DNA of 64,000 bases from Candidatus Parcubacteria bacterium. Its GTDB lineage: Bacteria > Patescibacteriota > Minisyncoccia > Minisyncoccales > JAGMDC01. The notes below the pieces were generated by a model. The model had not been told where the DNA came from, made no database searches, and saw only the letters and a list, made by a program, of their open reading frames with translations. Location: NCBI GenBank assembly GCA_023128895.1, contig JAGMDC010000003.1, positions 70,514-134,513 of the forward strand, read 5' to 3'. Below are positions 1 to 10,990 of the stretch, in pieces; within the stretch, counting starts at the first letter, position 1, and each line of letters begins with the position of its first letter. A program made the translations under genes and the position numbers.

Positions 1-130
1 TACTTGGGCTTGAAAACAAAATTCGTCTGTTAAAACTTGACAAATTAGAAATAAAGAAGTATAATATAATCAGCAATGATGATAATTTCGTCATATTAAA
101 ATTAAATAAGGATTGTTTTTAGAATTTTAC

Positions 131-170
131 ATCACCGAATTGTCCGTCTTACGCGGACAGCTCGGTGATG
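131..170. promoter_or_regulatory. 17-bp imperfect inverted repeat (CATCACCGAATTGTCCG / CGGACAGCTCGGTGATG) ending 5 nt before the ATG of the downstream gene
   Basis: Read directly in sequence; stem arms differ at 2 positions. Confidence 0.5.
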
Positions 171-174
171 TAAA

Positions 175-1275
175 ATGATAGTAATAGTCGGAGACCTACA
201 TCTTGTGGATGAGAGCGTAATGCCAAATATGCCATCAGCGACAATAGAAAAAATTTTCGCAAAAATAATCAAAAGTATAGAACAAACAAAACCAAACAGA
301 CTCACATTAGTTCTAAACGGAGACATCTTTGATACGCTTACTTCTGAACTGTGGCTCACAAATGAGTTCAATGGAGACACAGCGATAAAAGTGTTCCGGG
401 GTGTCCAAAAAACAGAAAGCGCGAAAATTTTCCAAAGAAAAATCAACAAACTTTGTTCAATGATTTCAGTAGAAATCCAGTATATCAGCGGTAATCACGA
501 TTTAACAAACGAATTTCCGCAATTGCGAAAAAAAATCAGCGATTTTCTTGGAATGGAAGTAGGAAAAAATATTTTCTTCGTAGACGAATTCTTTGACAAA
601 GCAACATCTGTTTACGCGACGCACGGGGACAAAAACGACGCATGGAAAATCTGGAAAACTAATTTTGGGAACCAAATGCAAATATGGTTCACAGTGAAAG
701 CATTGGTTGATATCAGAGACAAGACAGGCAACTTGAATTTCAAAAAAATCGCTAATGTCGGCGAAGTTCTTCCCAGAAAAAGAACTGAATTTATAAAAGC
801 AGTCCTGGGAGAGAAAGACGGAAACACAGCGAAAATAATAATAAGGCAGACAACAGAACAATTTTTCGCCAGTGATTCCACAAGAAACGCAATCAGAGCG
901 TTTTTCAATAAAAGACCAGTAATGGCGAAAATAACGGAAAAAATAGTTTGCAACAAAATAACTGCTGGGATTCTATCCCGCTTATTATTAGCATACTATT
1001 ACACAATAGAGAGAGATTTCAGAAACGCAAAACAAAAAAAGGAGATAAATAAATATCTCCGCGACAAAGGAATTCAAGCAAGATACATTGTCGTGGGGCA
1101 TACCCACGAAGAAGAACATTCAAAAATAGCGGGAACAGGCATAAAGTTCGTCAACCTCGGGTATTGTCAAAAACCCGGAGAAGGACTAGAAAAGTACAAT
1201 AAAATCAGAGGAAATATTTTTGTTTCCGACGAGTCATCCACAAAAATCATAAATATAAAAATCCCTGGCGCTTAA
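175..1275 (+). CDS. calcineurin-like metallophosphoesterase
   Basis: Motifs GDLHL, GDIFD, GNHD, VVGHTHEE typical of the metallophosphatase fold. Confidence 0.75.
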   Translation: MIVIVGDLHLVDESVMPNMPSATIEKIFAKIIKSIEQTKPNRLTLVLNGDIFDTLTSELWLTNEFNGDTAIKVFRGVQKTESAKIFQRKINKLCSMISVEIQYISGNHDLTNEFPQLRKKISDFLGMEVGKNIFFVDEFFDKATSVYATHGDKNDAWKIWKTNFGNQMQIWFTVKALVDIRDKTGNLNFKKIANVGEVLPRKRTEFIKAVLGEKDGNTAKIIIRQTTEQFFASDSTRNAIRAFFNKRPVMAKITEKIVCNKITAGILSRLLLAYYYTIERDFRNAKQKKEINKYLRDKGIQARYIVVGHTHEEEHSKIAGTGIKFVNLGYCQKPGEGLEKYNKIRGNIFVSDESSTKIINIKIPGA

Positions 1276-1322
1276 ACGGCTAAAATTGTTTTAAGTACCA
1301 GGGAAAATTTTTTTTACTAAAT

Positions 1323-4109
1323 TTATTCAATTTTGATTTTTGGAGATTTGCGTGTTTGGATTTTTTCTTGAATTTGAATTATCTTAAATTCTTCGTCATC
1401 GCTTTGCGGCGGCTCAATTTCTATTCTGTCGCCTTTTTTAATTTGGTCCGACAAAATCGCTTTTGCCAGCACGTTTTCCACTGTATTTTGAATTACTCTA
1501 TTCATTTCCCGCGCGCCAAAAGCAGGAGAATATCCTAATTCCACAATTTTCGTTTTCAAAGCAGGTGTGATATGAAAATCAATTTCTTTTTTCTTTAGCC
1601 CTTGCCTTACTTTATTCAGCATTAACGCAGAAATCCCCAATAAATGCCTTTTTGTTAACGGCTTGAACAGAACTACTGCGTCAAATCTATTGATAAATTC
1701 GGGCCTAAACATTCTTTTTTCAAACAGCATGCTCATAAGGTCTTTTTTAATAAGATCCATTTTAGTGTCTTCTTCAAGGTCCCTTACGATAATAGCGGCG
1801 CCGGCGTTTGAAGTCGCGATAATAATACAATTGCGAAAATTAACTCCCCTGCCCAATCCGTCAGTCAAATGACCTTCGTCCAAGACTTGCAAAAACAAAT
1901 TCAAAATATTTGGATGCGCTTTTTCTATTTCATCCAATAAAATTAAAGAAAACGGATTCCTTCTCACTTTACTGGTTAAAAGCCCGAACTGCTCTGTGGA
2001 TCCAATCAAACGCGCAATATCTTCTGTAGTTTGAAACTCTGACATATCCAACCGTATCATTTTATCTTCTCTTCCAAAATAAATTTCGCTTAACGCCTTT
2101 GAGGTCTCAGTCTTCCCTACTCCAGTAGGGCCCAAGAATAAGAACGTTCCGATCGGCTTCTTTCTTTGTTTAATCTCAGCGCGCGCGCGGCGCATGCTCG
2201 CGGAAATTTCTTTAACCGCTTCTTCCTGATTAATAATGCGCTGGTGAATTAATTTCTCCAAATTCAATAATTTTTCTTTTTCTTTTGTTTCTACATCCCC
2301 TACAGGGATTTCTGTTTTCTTGGTGATAATTTCCGCAACATGCTTTGGCACAACTATTTTGTTTCCCCTTTTTTTCGCGGTATGGACAACCACCTCGTCC
2401 AGTAAATCCAGGGCTTTTTTGGGAAAAGGAATATCCTCTAAATACCGCTCGGAATATTGTATCGCGCTCTTTAACGCTGAATAACTTATAAACACGCCAT
2501 GCCTGTTTTCAAACCTTGGCGATGAATTTTCTAAAACTCTTAATGTTTCTTTTTTGGAAAGTTCCGGAACTTTGACTTTCTCAAAAAGAGACGCTGTTGA
2601 AGCGTTACGCTCAATCTGATTAAGCCCGGCAATGCTTGTTATGGCAATAATCTGAAATTTAGGAGAACCGAGAAACGGTCCGAGTATCGCTGATATATTC
2701 ACGGCTCCGGCTTTATTCACTGTTCCAAAATAATTATGGAACTCGTCAATCACTAAAATAACATTTCCAGCGAAAATACATTCATCAAAAATTTTCAGCA
2801 AAACGGCTTCTACCTCTTCAACGCTTTCAAGTTGGGCAACTAAACCGGATAAATTCAATTCTATTATCCTCTTATAATTCAAGGGCGAGGAACTCAAGCC
2901 GAAAACGCTTTTTTGCGCAAGCGCCTTAACAATATTTTTCTTTCCAACCCCTGGCCTTCCAGCAAGCAGAATATTATTTATCTGGGAGCGGCATAAAATT
3001 TTCTCCATCTGGTCAATCTTGGAAAAATGCCCTACTTGTTCATAATGCGCGTATCGCATATATTTGCTCCAATTTACTGAATACTGGTCCAAGGTAATAG
3101 TATAAGCCATTGCCCAGTCCTTTGCCAAACTTCCTTTTTTCGCTAAATTTTTAGGGTCCCAAAATCTTTTATCCTGTTCAATTCTTTGTTCTATTCTCGT
3201 TTTCCAATCGCATAAATTGCTGATATCCTCAGGCTTGAGACTATTTTTTGTCAAAAAATTTTTAAAAGTTTGGTTATGTTTGGCAAGGGACAACAGGATG
3301 TCGCACGTACTCACGCGTTCGCGCTTTTTCTGAAAAGCGATTATTAAAGATTCCAAAATAACATCATGGAAGTCCACAAAATAATCCGAACTATCCGGTT
3401 TTGCGCGGAAATGAGTCTGGGATTGGCGCAATTTCGCTTTTAATAATTTTTGAATTTCTTGCGTCAACAAAAGCGCCCTGTTAAACACAAAATTTAATTC
3501 AGGATTTTTGTCTATAAGAAAATAGAACAAAATCGACGAATTCAAAGGAATTTTATTTTTCTTCGCAAATTTTATTGCTGCTGATACCGCGCTCGCTGAG
3601 CCAAAATCTAAAAATTCGGCAAGATTGTGTTTGCCTACAATATACATTTCGTCTTTCTTCTGTCTTTCATAGATACCTTTTTTGCGAACTTTCACAATGC
3701 TGGACAAAGGCGCTTTCAAAGCAGGATTTTTGAGATACTCAAAAAACTTTTCCAAAATCAAAGACGCGATTCCGAAACACAGAAAGATCATTGACAAACC
3801 CAATAACCGCAAACATATTGGATTGGAATAGATAAACGTTAAAGAAAATGTCTTTATTACGTCTATTAAATATATTTCAAACACTTTTATAATTTCTGTG
3901 TCGCCTCTTTGCGCGAAATATGTTTCAATCGGCGAGGTTATAAAAATAAAATAAAAAGTCAGGAGTATACATGCGATAAGACAAATAATGAACAAAATAA
4001 TAAAAATTCGCCTAAAAAAGTTTGCCAACTTAAAAGACGGGTGCTTTGCTACTTTCAGCGCCCTGTAAATATCTGCCTGTTTCAGGTCAAAATAAAATTC
4101 TGAAGCCAT
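1323..4109 (-). CDS. membrane-anchored ClpB/ClpC-like AAA+ ATPase with two nucleotide-binding domains
   Basis: Two Walker A sites (GRPGVGKK; GPTGVGKTE), Walker B (VIDEFH; LLDEIEKAH) and the sensor region NCIIIATSN. The N-terminus has 2 predicted TM helices instead of a canonical Clp_N-only start. Confidence 0.8.
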   Translation of the reverse strand: MASEFYFDLKQADIYRALKVAKHPSFKLANFFRRIFIILFIICLIACILLTFYFIFITSPIETYFAQRGDTEIIKVFEIYLIDVIKTFSLTFIYSNPICLRLLGLSMIFLCFGIASLILEKFFEYLKNPALKAPLSSIVKVRKKGIYERQKKDEMYIVGKHNLAEFLDFGSASAVSAAIKFAKKNKIPLNSSILFYFLIDKNPELNFVFNRALLLTQEIQKLLKAKLRQSQTHFRAKPDSSDYFVDFHDVILESLIIAFQKKRERVSTCDILLSLAKHNQTFKNFLTKNSLKPEDISNLCDWKTRIEQRIEQDKRFWDPKNLAKKGSLAKDWAMAYTITLDQYSVNWSKYMRYAHYEQVGHFSKIDQMEKILCRSQINNILLAGRPGVGKKNIVKALAQKSVFGLSSSPLNYKRIIELNLSGLVAQLESVEEVEAVLLKIFDECIFAGNVILVIDEFHNYFGTVNKAGAVNISAILGPFLGSPKFQIIAITSIAGLNQIERNASTASLFEKVKVPELSKKETLRVLENSSPRFENRHGVFISYSALKSAIQYSERYLEDIPFPKKALDLLDEVVVHTAKKRGNKIVVPKHVAEIITKKTEIPVGDVETKEKEKLLNLEKLIHQRIINQEEAVKEISASMRRARAEIKQRKKPIGTFLFLGPTGVGKTETSKALSEIYFGREDKMIRLDMSEFQTTEDIARLIGSTEQFGLLTSKVRRNPFSLILLDEIEKAHPNILNLFLQVLDEGHLTDGLGRGVNFRNCIIIATSNAGAAIIVRDLEEDTKMDLIKKDLMSMLFEKRMFRPEFINRFDAVVLFKPLTKRHLLGISALMLNKVRQGLKKKEIDFHITPALKTKIVELGYSPAFGAREMNRVIQNTVENVLAKAILSDQIKKGDRIEIEPPQSDDEEFKIIQIQEKIQTRKSPKIKIE

Positions 4110-4467
4110 AAATAAAGCAGGAAAATAAAAAGATTGGCAAAATCAGCCATCCTAAAAAAATTATAATTCCAGCAATAACAACAATTATTTCCGTTATAAT
4201 TCCAATAATAATCATACCTGTTCTGATAATTGAGCCTATCATTCTGGAAATCATATTCATGCAAAATGTTTCAAAATATTCTTTTGGGTCAAACCCCCTT
4301 GCGTACGGTTCCTGATATTTATGCCAATACGAAAACAAAGTTCTCAAAAGTAAAGGCACAGACCAATAATTGAAATTAAAGGCAAGAAAATTTTTCCAAG
4401 CCCTTAAAATCGCGCGCGCCTGCGCGCAATAATGCCAATAAAGATACTGAATTATGATATTAGACAT
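4087..4467 (-). CDS. hypothetical small membrane protein (start uncertain; abuts the tRNA 3' end)
   Basis: ORF with a hydrophobic C-terminal half; no RBS room, overlaps the downstream gene start by 23 nt. Confidence 0.3.
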   Translation of the reverse strand: MSNIIIQYLYWHYCAQARAILRAWKNFLAFNFNYWSVPLLLRTLFSYWHKYQEPYARGFDPKEYFETFCMNMISRMIGSIIRTGMIIIGIITEIIVVIAGIIIFLGWLILPIFLFSCFIYGFRILF

Positions 4468-4469
4468 AG

Positions 4470-4543
4470 TGGACGATACAGGACTCGAACCTGTGGCCTC
4501 TGCGATGTGAACGCAGCGCTCTAACCAACTGAGCTAACCGTCC
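4470..4543 (-). tRNA. tRNA-Val (anticodon CAC)
   Basis: Cloverleaf hand-folded: acceptor GGACGGT/ATCGTCC, anticodon stem CTGCG/CGCAG with loop TTCACAT, T-loop GTTCGAGTC. Confidence 0.85.
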
Positions 4544-4594
4544 TGTTAAATTATATTAACATTTTTCTTTTGTAAAGAAAAGAAGTACAATAGA

Positions 4595-4760
4595 ATGAGA
4601 GTGTGGGACAATATTTTTCGTAGCGAGAGTTTCAAAATTTGAGACAAATTTTTCAAATAATTTTTGAAACCTGTATGGAATACAAGTTGAGGAAATTTTT
4701 GGGAAATTTGACCGAATTTTGGAAGTTGCAGCAGAAAGGATATTGTTCTACACTCTCATA
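4595..4760. repeat. pair of inverted copies of a ~20-22-nt motif (ATGAGAGTGTGGGACAATAT at 4595-4614; GATATTGTTCTACACTCTCATA at 4739-4760) bounding a ~166-bp unit
   Basis: Seen in sequence; a third copy lies upstream of murA (21040-21061, minus). Confidence 0.6.
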
Positions 4761-4763
4761 ATT

Positions 4764-6644
<1,881 letters not shown>

Positions 6645-6677
6645 ATAACAAAAATTCAACAACCCACAACCAAAAAA

Positions 6678-6708
6678 CCAGCGCTTTCAGCACTGGTTTT
6701 GATTTTTT
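6678..6708 (+). terminator. rho-independent terminator (CCAGCGC-TTTCA-GCACTGG + T-run)
   Basis: Hairpin followed by TTTTGATTTTTT immediately after the stop of the 4764..6644 gene. Confidence 0.7.
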
Positions 6709-6757
6709 CCATACATTTTATTTTAATCTGGCGAGCTTTCCATGCCGAATCTCGAAA

Positions 6758-6810
6758 GTAGCCTAAGCGAAACTACGGTTCGCCAAAGGCTACGGCGAAG
6801 CGAAGGCGGG
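6758..6810. repeat. GC-rich palindromic element (GTAGCC...GGCTAC with a GCGAAGCG core)
   Basis: Shares the GCGAAGCG/CGCTTCGC + GGCGGG motif family with the elements at 54464, 55910 and 61772. Confidence 0.5.
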
Positions 6811-6871
6811 AGTTATTGAATAAAGTCTGAACTTTTTTTTCAACAAAATCCCGACGCTGAATTTTGATTTT

Positions 6872-6889
6872 GCCGCGCTTCGCGCGGAC
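6872..6889. repeat. GC palindrome GCCGCGCTTCGCGCGGAC
   Basis: Seen in sequence. Confidence 0.5.
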
Positions 6890-6965
6890 TAACAGGTGGC
6901 AAAAATTTCCCCTCTCAAACTTTCCCCATTTTTGCCGTTTGCTTAATTTCAGAAGGAATTTTGGG

Positions 6966-6996
6966 TTCCCGACCTCGCTTTGCGAGGTCGGGAAAA
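6966..6996. repeat. perfect palindrome TTCCCGACCTCGC-TTT-GCGAGGTCGGGAA between convergent genes
   Basis: Seen in sequence; no flanking U-run, so terminator function is uncertain. Confidence 0.5.
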
Positions 6997-7055
6997 ATTA
7001 TTATTGATTCTTTTTAAAAATGTCTTTTAACTTTCTTTAATCATCTGTTTCTTTT

Positions 7056-7346
7056 TTACTCCAAGAACTTAATCAAAATTGCCGCAAACCATAATATAAA
7101 CAATGTGATGCTCCACCAAAAAAACTTCTTCTGTGCATTTTTATCAAGTACTGATTTCCCTTCTTCTTCTTGACCATAGAGTAAATGAAATGCGTTATCT
7201 ATTACATGACCAGAAATACCATAGATAAAAGTAACTAGACCATAATAAAAATAATCAGGACTCCAAAGTGCAGCGATAGAAAAAGCAAGTCCGAAAACCG
7301 CAATATTTAAAAAATAAGAAACCTTGTCATTTATTAATAAATTCAT
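7056..7346 (-). CDS. hypothetical small membrane protein (3 TM helices)
   Basis: ORF; hydrophobic segments. Confidence 0.5.
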   Translation of the reverse strand: MNLLINDKVSYFLNIAVFGLAFSIAALWSPDYFYYGLVTFIYGISGHVIDNAFHLLYGQEEEGKSVLDKNAQKKFFWWSITLFILWFAAILIKFLE

Positions 7347-7358
7347 AAATTTATTTAC

Positions 7359-8006
7359 TTAATTATTGTTGCTCGACTTCTGATTGTTCTTTTTTGTCTT
7401 TTGCTTTTTCTCAATAATCTCAACAAAAGGAGAATCATTAACAATTTCTATTGTGCCATGCTTGTTAAATTTAGCCCATTGATAAATTCCTAAAATTTTT
7501 AAATAATCATTATAAAAATCCTCGGTTTTCTTTATGACATAATTGACATCCTCTCGGCTGAGATTGTTCCATATCTTTTTTACCTCGGGCAATGCTATCT
7601 TTTTATCACGGTGAGCAGACAATTTATTTCTTACTTTCCTATATTTTCCATTTTTTGAAAATTCTCTTAATTCTTGCAGAAATTGATTAATTTTTTTCAA
7701 TATCTCTTTTTGTTGTTCACATTTAATAGATTGGCATTCAATGATTAGATTTTTAAATTCTTGAAATTTATCATACATTGAACATATATCCATTATTATA
7801 TATTTAAGAATCGCTCTTTTTCTATGCGGATCCTTTTGCTCCGCATATATTTCACTAAGACATGAAACATCGTCGTATATTAGCCTAAAAAGGTAAAGTT
7901 GTTTCGTTAAAGATTCTTCCGGAAAAAATTTGCTTTCGTTATAATCGCTAAAAGGATGATAAATATCATCCCTATCTTTATTGTAAAAATAATTGCTTTT
8001 GTCCAT
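7359..8006 (-). CDS. hypothetical protein with a HEPN-like Rx5H motif (RNKLSAH); possible Abi-like ribonuclease
   Basis: Motif R-x5-H near residue 125; the AT-rich context suggests an acquired segment. Confidence 0.35.
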   Translation of the reverse strand: MDKSNYFYNKDRDDIYHPFSDYNESKFFPEESLTKQLYLFRLIYDDVSCLSEIYAEQKDPHRKRAILKYIIMDICSMYDKFQEFKNLIIECQSIKCEQQKEILKKINQFLQELREFSKNGKYRKVRNKLSAHRDKKIALPEVKKIWNNLSREDVNYVIKKTEDFYNDYLKILGIYQWAKFNKHGTIEIVNDSPFVEIIEKKQKTKKNNQKSSNNN

Positions 8007-8064
8007 AATCTAAAATATTTATTTAACTTCTGCGTCTGGAATTTCAGAAGTTGCAATTATATAG

Positions 8065-9633
8065 TTATAACTCTGGAGTATTAGAATGCGATTCTTCTAA
8101 AATCGGCAAATAGTTTACATAACCTACGCACCTTATATCGTCGTTCCCATCATAAATCATGGATTCTATAATATTTTTATCTTGAGTCCCCCAATAATTT
8201 TCAGAGGCTGAAAAAGTGTTAATACTGCCATCTGATAATTTCAAAACTATATTACTCATATCAATAAAGGAATTGTATTTGATCGTAACTTCTGATGAAT
8301 CTTGACTCATAACTATGATATAAAAATTGAAGTAACCCGTATTATTGATTGAGTGTCCTTTATAAAAAAAATTATTTTTTATACAAACTTTAACATCATT
8401 ATCAGTAAATATTCTAAAACCATATGTATTTACAAACTTATTATAGTTAATATTAATATTTCCGGAAGGAAACGCCATCGTTGACTGTTCGGCTAAATTA
8501 ATAAGTTCAGAATGTTGTAAATGAAAATGTCCATTATGATTGCCACCAGGCCAAAACATAAGTCCATTTTTAACTATACAATACTCTAAATCTAAAAATG
8601 CACTATCATATCCGGTAATATGAAAAAAATCAGAATCATTTCCACCATCAAAAGTAATCCTATCCCCTTTAATACCATGGGCATATATCGTGCCGTTAAT
8701 TAAAAACATATCACCACTTGTAGGTTTTGTAACTATTACGCCCGGTTTAATAGTAAGCGTTACACCTAATGGTATCTGAACAGTGCTGGTTATTATATAG
8801 GGACTATTTTTTGTTGTCCAAATAGTATTTTCAGAAATTATACCGCCTACTTCAGTGCCCGCTATCATCTCTTTCTTATAGAAAACTTGAATCATATCGT
8901 CATAATAAGGTGCTTTATACTGATTGTCAGAATTTTTCACAAACACCCTTAAATGTATTGTTTCTAGGTTAAAGATGTCATTATCAATAGTTACAGTAAC
9001 TTGATCCTCTGTTTGCCAAGTATTTGGAAATCCCGTGCCAACAAATTGGTAAAGAACCGGATTAGCGATTATATTATTAATCTCAACCCTTATTGTAATA
9101 GTTTCTCCCTCCTTTAATTCTGGCCAAGGACTCAACCAAGTGGTATTTTTACCGTTATACTCTGATTGAAGTTGTACATTATCTTTGGTATCGGTCAGCT
9201 TAATTATAGTAGCGTATTTAGTTTTAGATACTTCTTCAGCTTTTTCTTCCTCAACTTCTGGAATAAATTCTGGCCCTGCGGTTTCTTCTTGGATTGGTTG
9301 AATCTCTGATTCAGTTTCTGTTTTTTCTGCTAATTCTTGGTCCTGTTGGACGATTTCGTCTTCATCTATTTTTTGTTGAAAAATTTCTTCCTCTGTTGGT
9401 TCATCTTCTGATTTTGGTTCTTGTCCATTTTGCAATTCTTCTTTTGCTTCCTCATCTTTTACAGTTATAATTTCCTTGTTTTGTTCTAATACTCCAGAAA
9501 TATCAGCGGTAATAGATGGCGATTTTTCCTGCCTATGTAAAACAACACCAGCTCCTACTGATGAGGCGACGATAACTATAATAGCAATTATTAAAATCGG
9601 TATTTGAATAAATCCTTTTTGACTATTCATCAT
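8065..9633 (-). CDS. secreted/surface protein: N-terminal signal anchor, acidic linker, parallel beta-helix-like repeats
   Basis: N-terminal hydrophobic helix, E/D-rich region, N/G-rich repetitive strands. Confidence 0.55.
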   Translation of the reverse strand: MMNSQKGFIQIPILIIAIIVIVASSVGAGVVLHRQEKSPSITADISGVLEQNKEIITVKDEEAKEELQNGQEPKSEDEPTEEEIFQQKIDEDEIVQQDQELAEKTETESEIQPIQEETAGPEFIPEVEEEKAEEVSKTKYATIIKLTDTKDNVQLQSEYNGKNTTWLSPWPELKEGETITIRVEINNIIANPVLYQFVGTGFPNTWQTEDQVTVTIDNDIFNLETIHLRVFVKNSDNQYKAPYYDDMIQVFYKKEMIAGTEVGGIISENTIWTTKNSPYIITSTVQIPLGVTLTIKPGVIVTKPTSGDMFLINGTIYAHGIKGDRITFDGGNDSDFFHITGYDSAFLDLEYCIVKNGLMFWPGGNHNGHFHLQHSELINLAEQSTMAFPSGNININYNKFVNTYGFRIFTDNDVKVCIKNNFFYKGHSINNTGYFNFYIIVMSQDSSEVTIKYNSFIDMSNIVLKLSDGSINTFSASENYWGTQDKNIIESMIYDGNDDIRCVGYVNYLPILEESHSNTPEL

Positions 9634-9824
9634 CTATAACGATAACATAAAACCTTTAATTTTGCAAGTGTTTTTTTTGGTTTTCAATTTTTTTCGGCCC
9701 GTTATTAAAGCAAGCGGGCAAAAAATGGGGCGGATTTTTTGCCTATTAAGATGTCCGCCTTCTTTGGTAAACTAATGAAACGGATTTGAAAGGAAAAAAT
9801 TGTTTCACAATTTTTTCCGCCAAT

Positions 9825-9902
9825 CCCTGTAAAAATTTAATCCAATTCTAATTAAAAAATTTTATGGCGGCGTTTAATATAAAATGTAAAATTTTTACAG
9901 GG
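9825..9902. repeat. 14-bp perfect inverted repeat CCCTGTAAAAATTT / AAATTTTTACAGGG separated by 50 bp
   Basis: Seen in sequence, in the promoter region of the 8065..9633 gene. Confidence 0.5.
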
Positions 9903-9914
9903 TTTGGCTCGCCA

Positions 9915-9947
9915 CCGAAAATAAACAAAACGGCGCTGAAAGCGCCG
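9915..9947 (-). terminator. rho-independent terminator after the tRNA cluster (GGCGCTGAAAGCGCC + U-run on minus)
   Basis: Hairpin followed on the minus strand by UUUUGUUUAUUUUC. Confidence 0.7.
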
Positions 9948-9968
9948 CAATTATCAAAATGTCCTATC

Positions 9969-10046
9969 TGGCGGGAGCGACCGGATTCGAACCGGCGATC
10001 TCATCCGTGACAAGGATGCGCTTTAAACCAGCTAAGCTACGCCCCC
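9969..10046 (-). tRNA. tRNA-Asp (anticodon GTC), CCA encoded
   Basis: Acceptor GGGGGCG/CGCTCCC, anticodon stem CATCC/GGATG, loop TTGTCAC, T-loop GTTCGAATC. Confidence 0.85.
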
Positions 10047-10063
10047 ATAATAGAAAAAGTAAA

Positions 10064-10084
10064 GTGCCTAGGGCAGGAATCGAA
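10064..10084 (-). repeat. 21-nt direct duplicate of the 3' end (T-arm + acceptor) of the adjacent tRNA(CAU)
   Basis: GTGCCTAGGGCAGGAATCGAA is identical to 10205-10225. Confidence 0.8.
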
Positions 10085-10202
10085 GAGTTGCCCGAAGGCG
10101 GTGTTTTACCTCGCTTCGCTCGGCAAAACGCGGGAGGTAGGTTCTCACCACACCCTTAGCAAGTAAGAATTTTAGGCGCCTTCGGCGCTTAAAAATTCTC
10201 AC

Positions 10203-10276
10203 TGGTGCCTAGGGCAGGAATCGAACCTACATTGGCCGCTTATGAGACGGTCTTAGACGCCAGTCTACTCCTAGGC
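10203..10276 (-). tRNA. tRNA-Met-like (anticodon CAT; elongator-type G1-C72), CCA encoded
   Basis: Acceptor GCCTAGG/CCTAGGC, D-stem TAGA/TCTA, anticodon loop CTCATAA, T-stem GTAGG/CCTGC; could also be tRNA-Ile2. Confidence 0.8.
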
Positions 10277-10288
10277 ATGTAGGTATAA

Positions 10289-10972
10289 TCATACTCTGCT
10301 TAATCCCTCTTTCCATCCATTAATTTTTCTCCTCAAGCGAGTCCCCTTGTGCACCAAAACTCTTAAATTACCGTAATGAGTATCGTGATTTGGATAAATT
10401 CTTTTTGATTTAGCTTTTATCAAAGTTGTCTTGGTAAATTGCGACAAAGGAATCCCCGTCACATTTGACCAATACTTTTCTACTTTTTTTACTCTTTCTT
10501 TATGAACTTCGTTAATCCTAATAGATAAAGAAAATCTTTCTTTAGAAACTTTACAAATTTCTTCAAACCATTTCAACATTAATAAAACTATCCGCGGGTC
10601 TGAATTTACAAAACCAACTTGGTCATTGCTTGAATGATTATATCCTTCACTCCAATATATTGAAATTCCGCTTATAAAAAGGTCTCGCCTACTAATTTTG
10701 CCTACTTCCTTTACCCCTTCTTTCTTTAATTTGGCTGTTTCTTCTATTCTGGTCTTTCTCACCTTTTCTAAAAAAATCATTCTTCCTTTATAACTACCGG
10801 CGCTTTGTTTCTTCGCCAATCTTTCAATTTGTTCAGGGGCGAGGGATATATCTCGACACCAACTGCTTATAGTGCCGCTTTTCTGCATATCAAGTTTTCT
10901 CGCAATTTCACTTATACTAAAACCTTTCTTGCGAAATTCTTGCGCTAAATATTTTTTCTTAATCACTGCCAT
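10289..10972 (-). CDS. hypothetical protein with an N-terminal helix-turn-helix motif
   Basis: Segment FSISEIARKLDMQKSGTISSW is HTH-like; start moved to the internal ATG (MAVIKKK) because the upstream part overlaps the tRNA 3' exon/terminator. Confidence 0.5.
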   Translation of the reverse strand: MAVIKKKYLAQEFRKKGFSISEIARKLDMQKSGTISSWCRDISLAPEQIERLAKKQSAGSYKGRMIFLEKVRKTRIEETAKLKKEGVKEVGKISRRDLFISGISIYWSEGYNHSSNDQVGFVNSDPRIVLLMLKWFEEICKVSKERFSLSIRINEVHKERVKKVEKYWSNVTGIPLSQFTKTTLIKAKSKRIYPNHDTHYGNLRVLVHKGTRLRRKINGWKEGLSRV

Positions 10973-10990
10973 ATAAAAATATAAAACTTG

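Noticed and set aside
132-449. Minus-strand 105-aa ORF and the many antisense ORFs inside long genes (e.g. 502..861, 12766..13080, 52521..53180)
   Set aside because: Embedded antisense in well-supported conserved genes; no independent signals
4719-4763. Longer start for the PE-repeat protein
   Set aside because: The conserved 22-nt pre-start motif shared with murA places the start at 4764
9959-10159. 66-aa plus-strand ORF
   Set aside because: Lies over tRNA-Asp and the tRNA 3' duplicate; spurious
10289-10972. LAGLIDADG homing endonuclease assignment for the HTH protein next to the intron
   Set aside because: ISGISIYWSEG only loosely resembles the motif and the spacing is wrong; the ORF is outside the intron; kept as an HTH hypothetical
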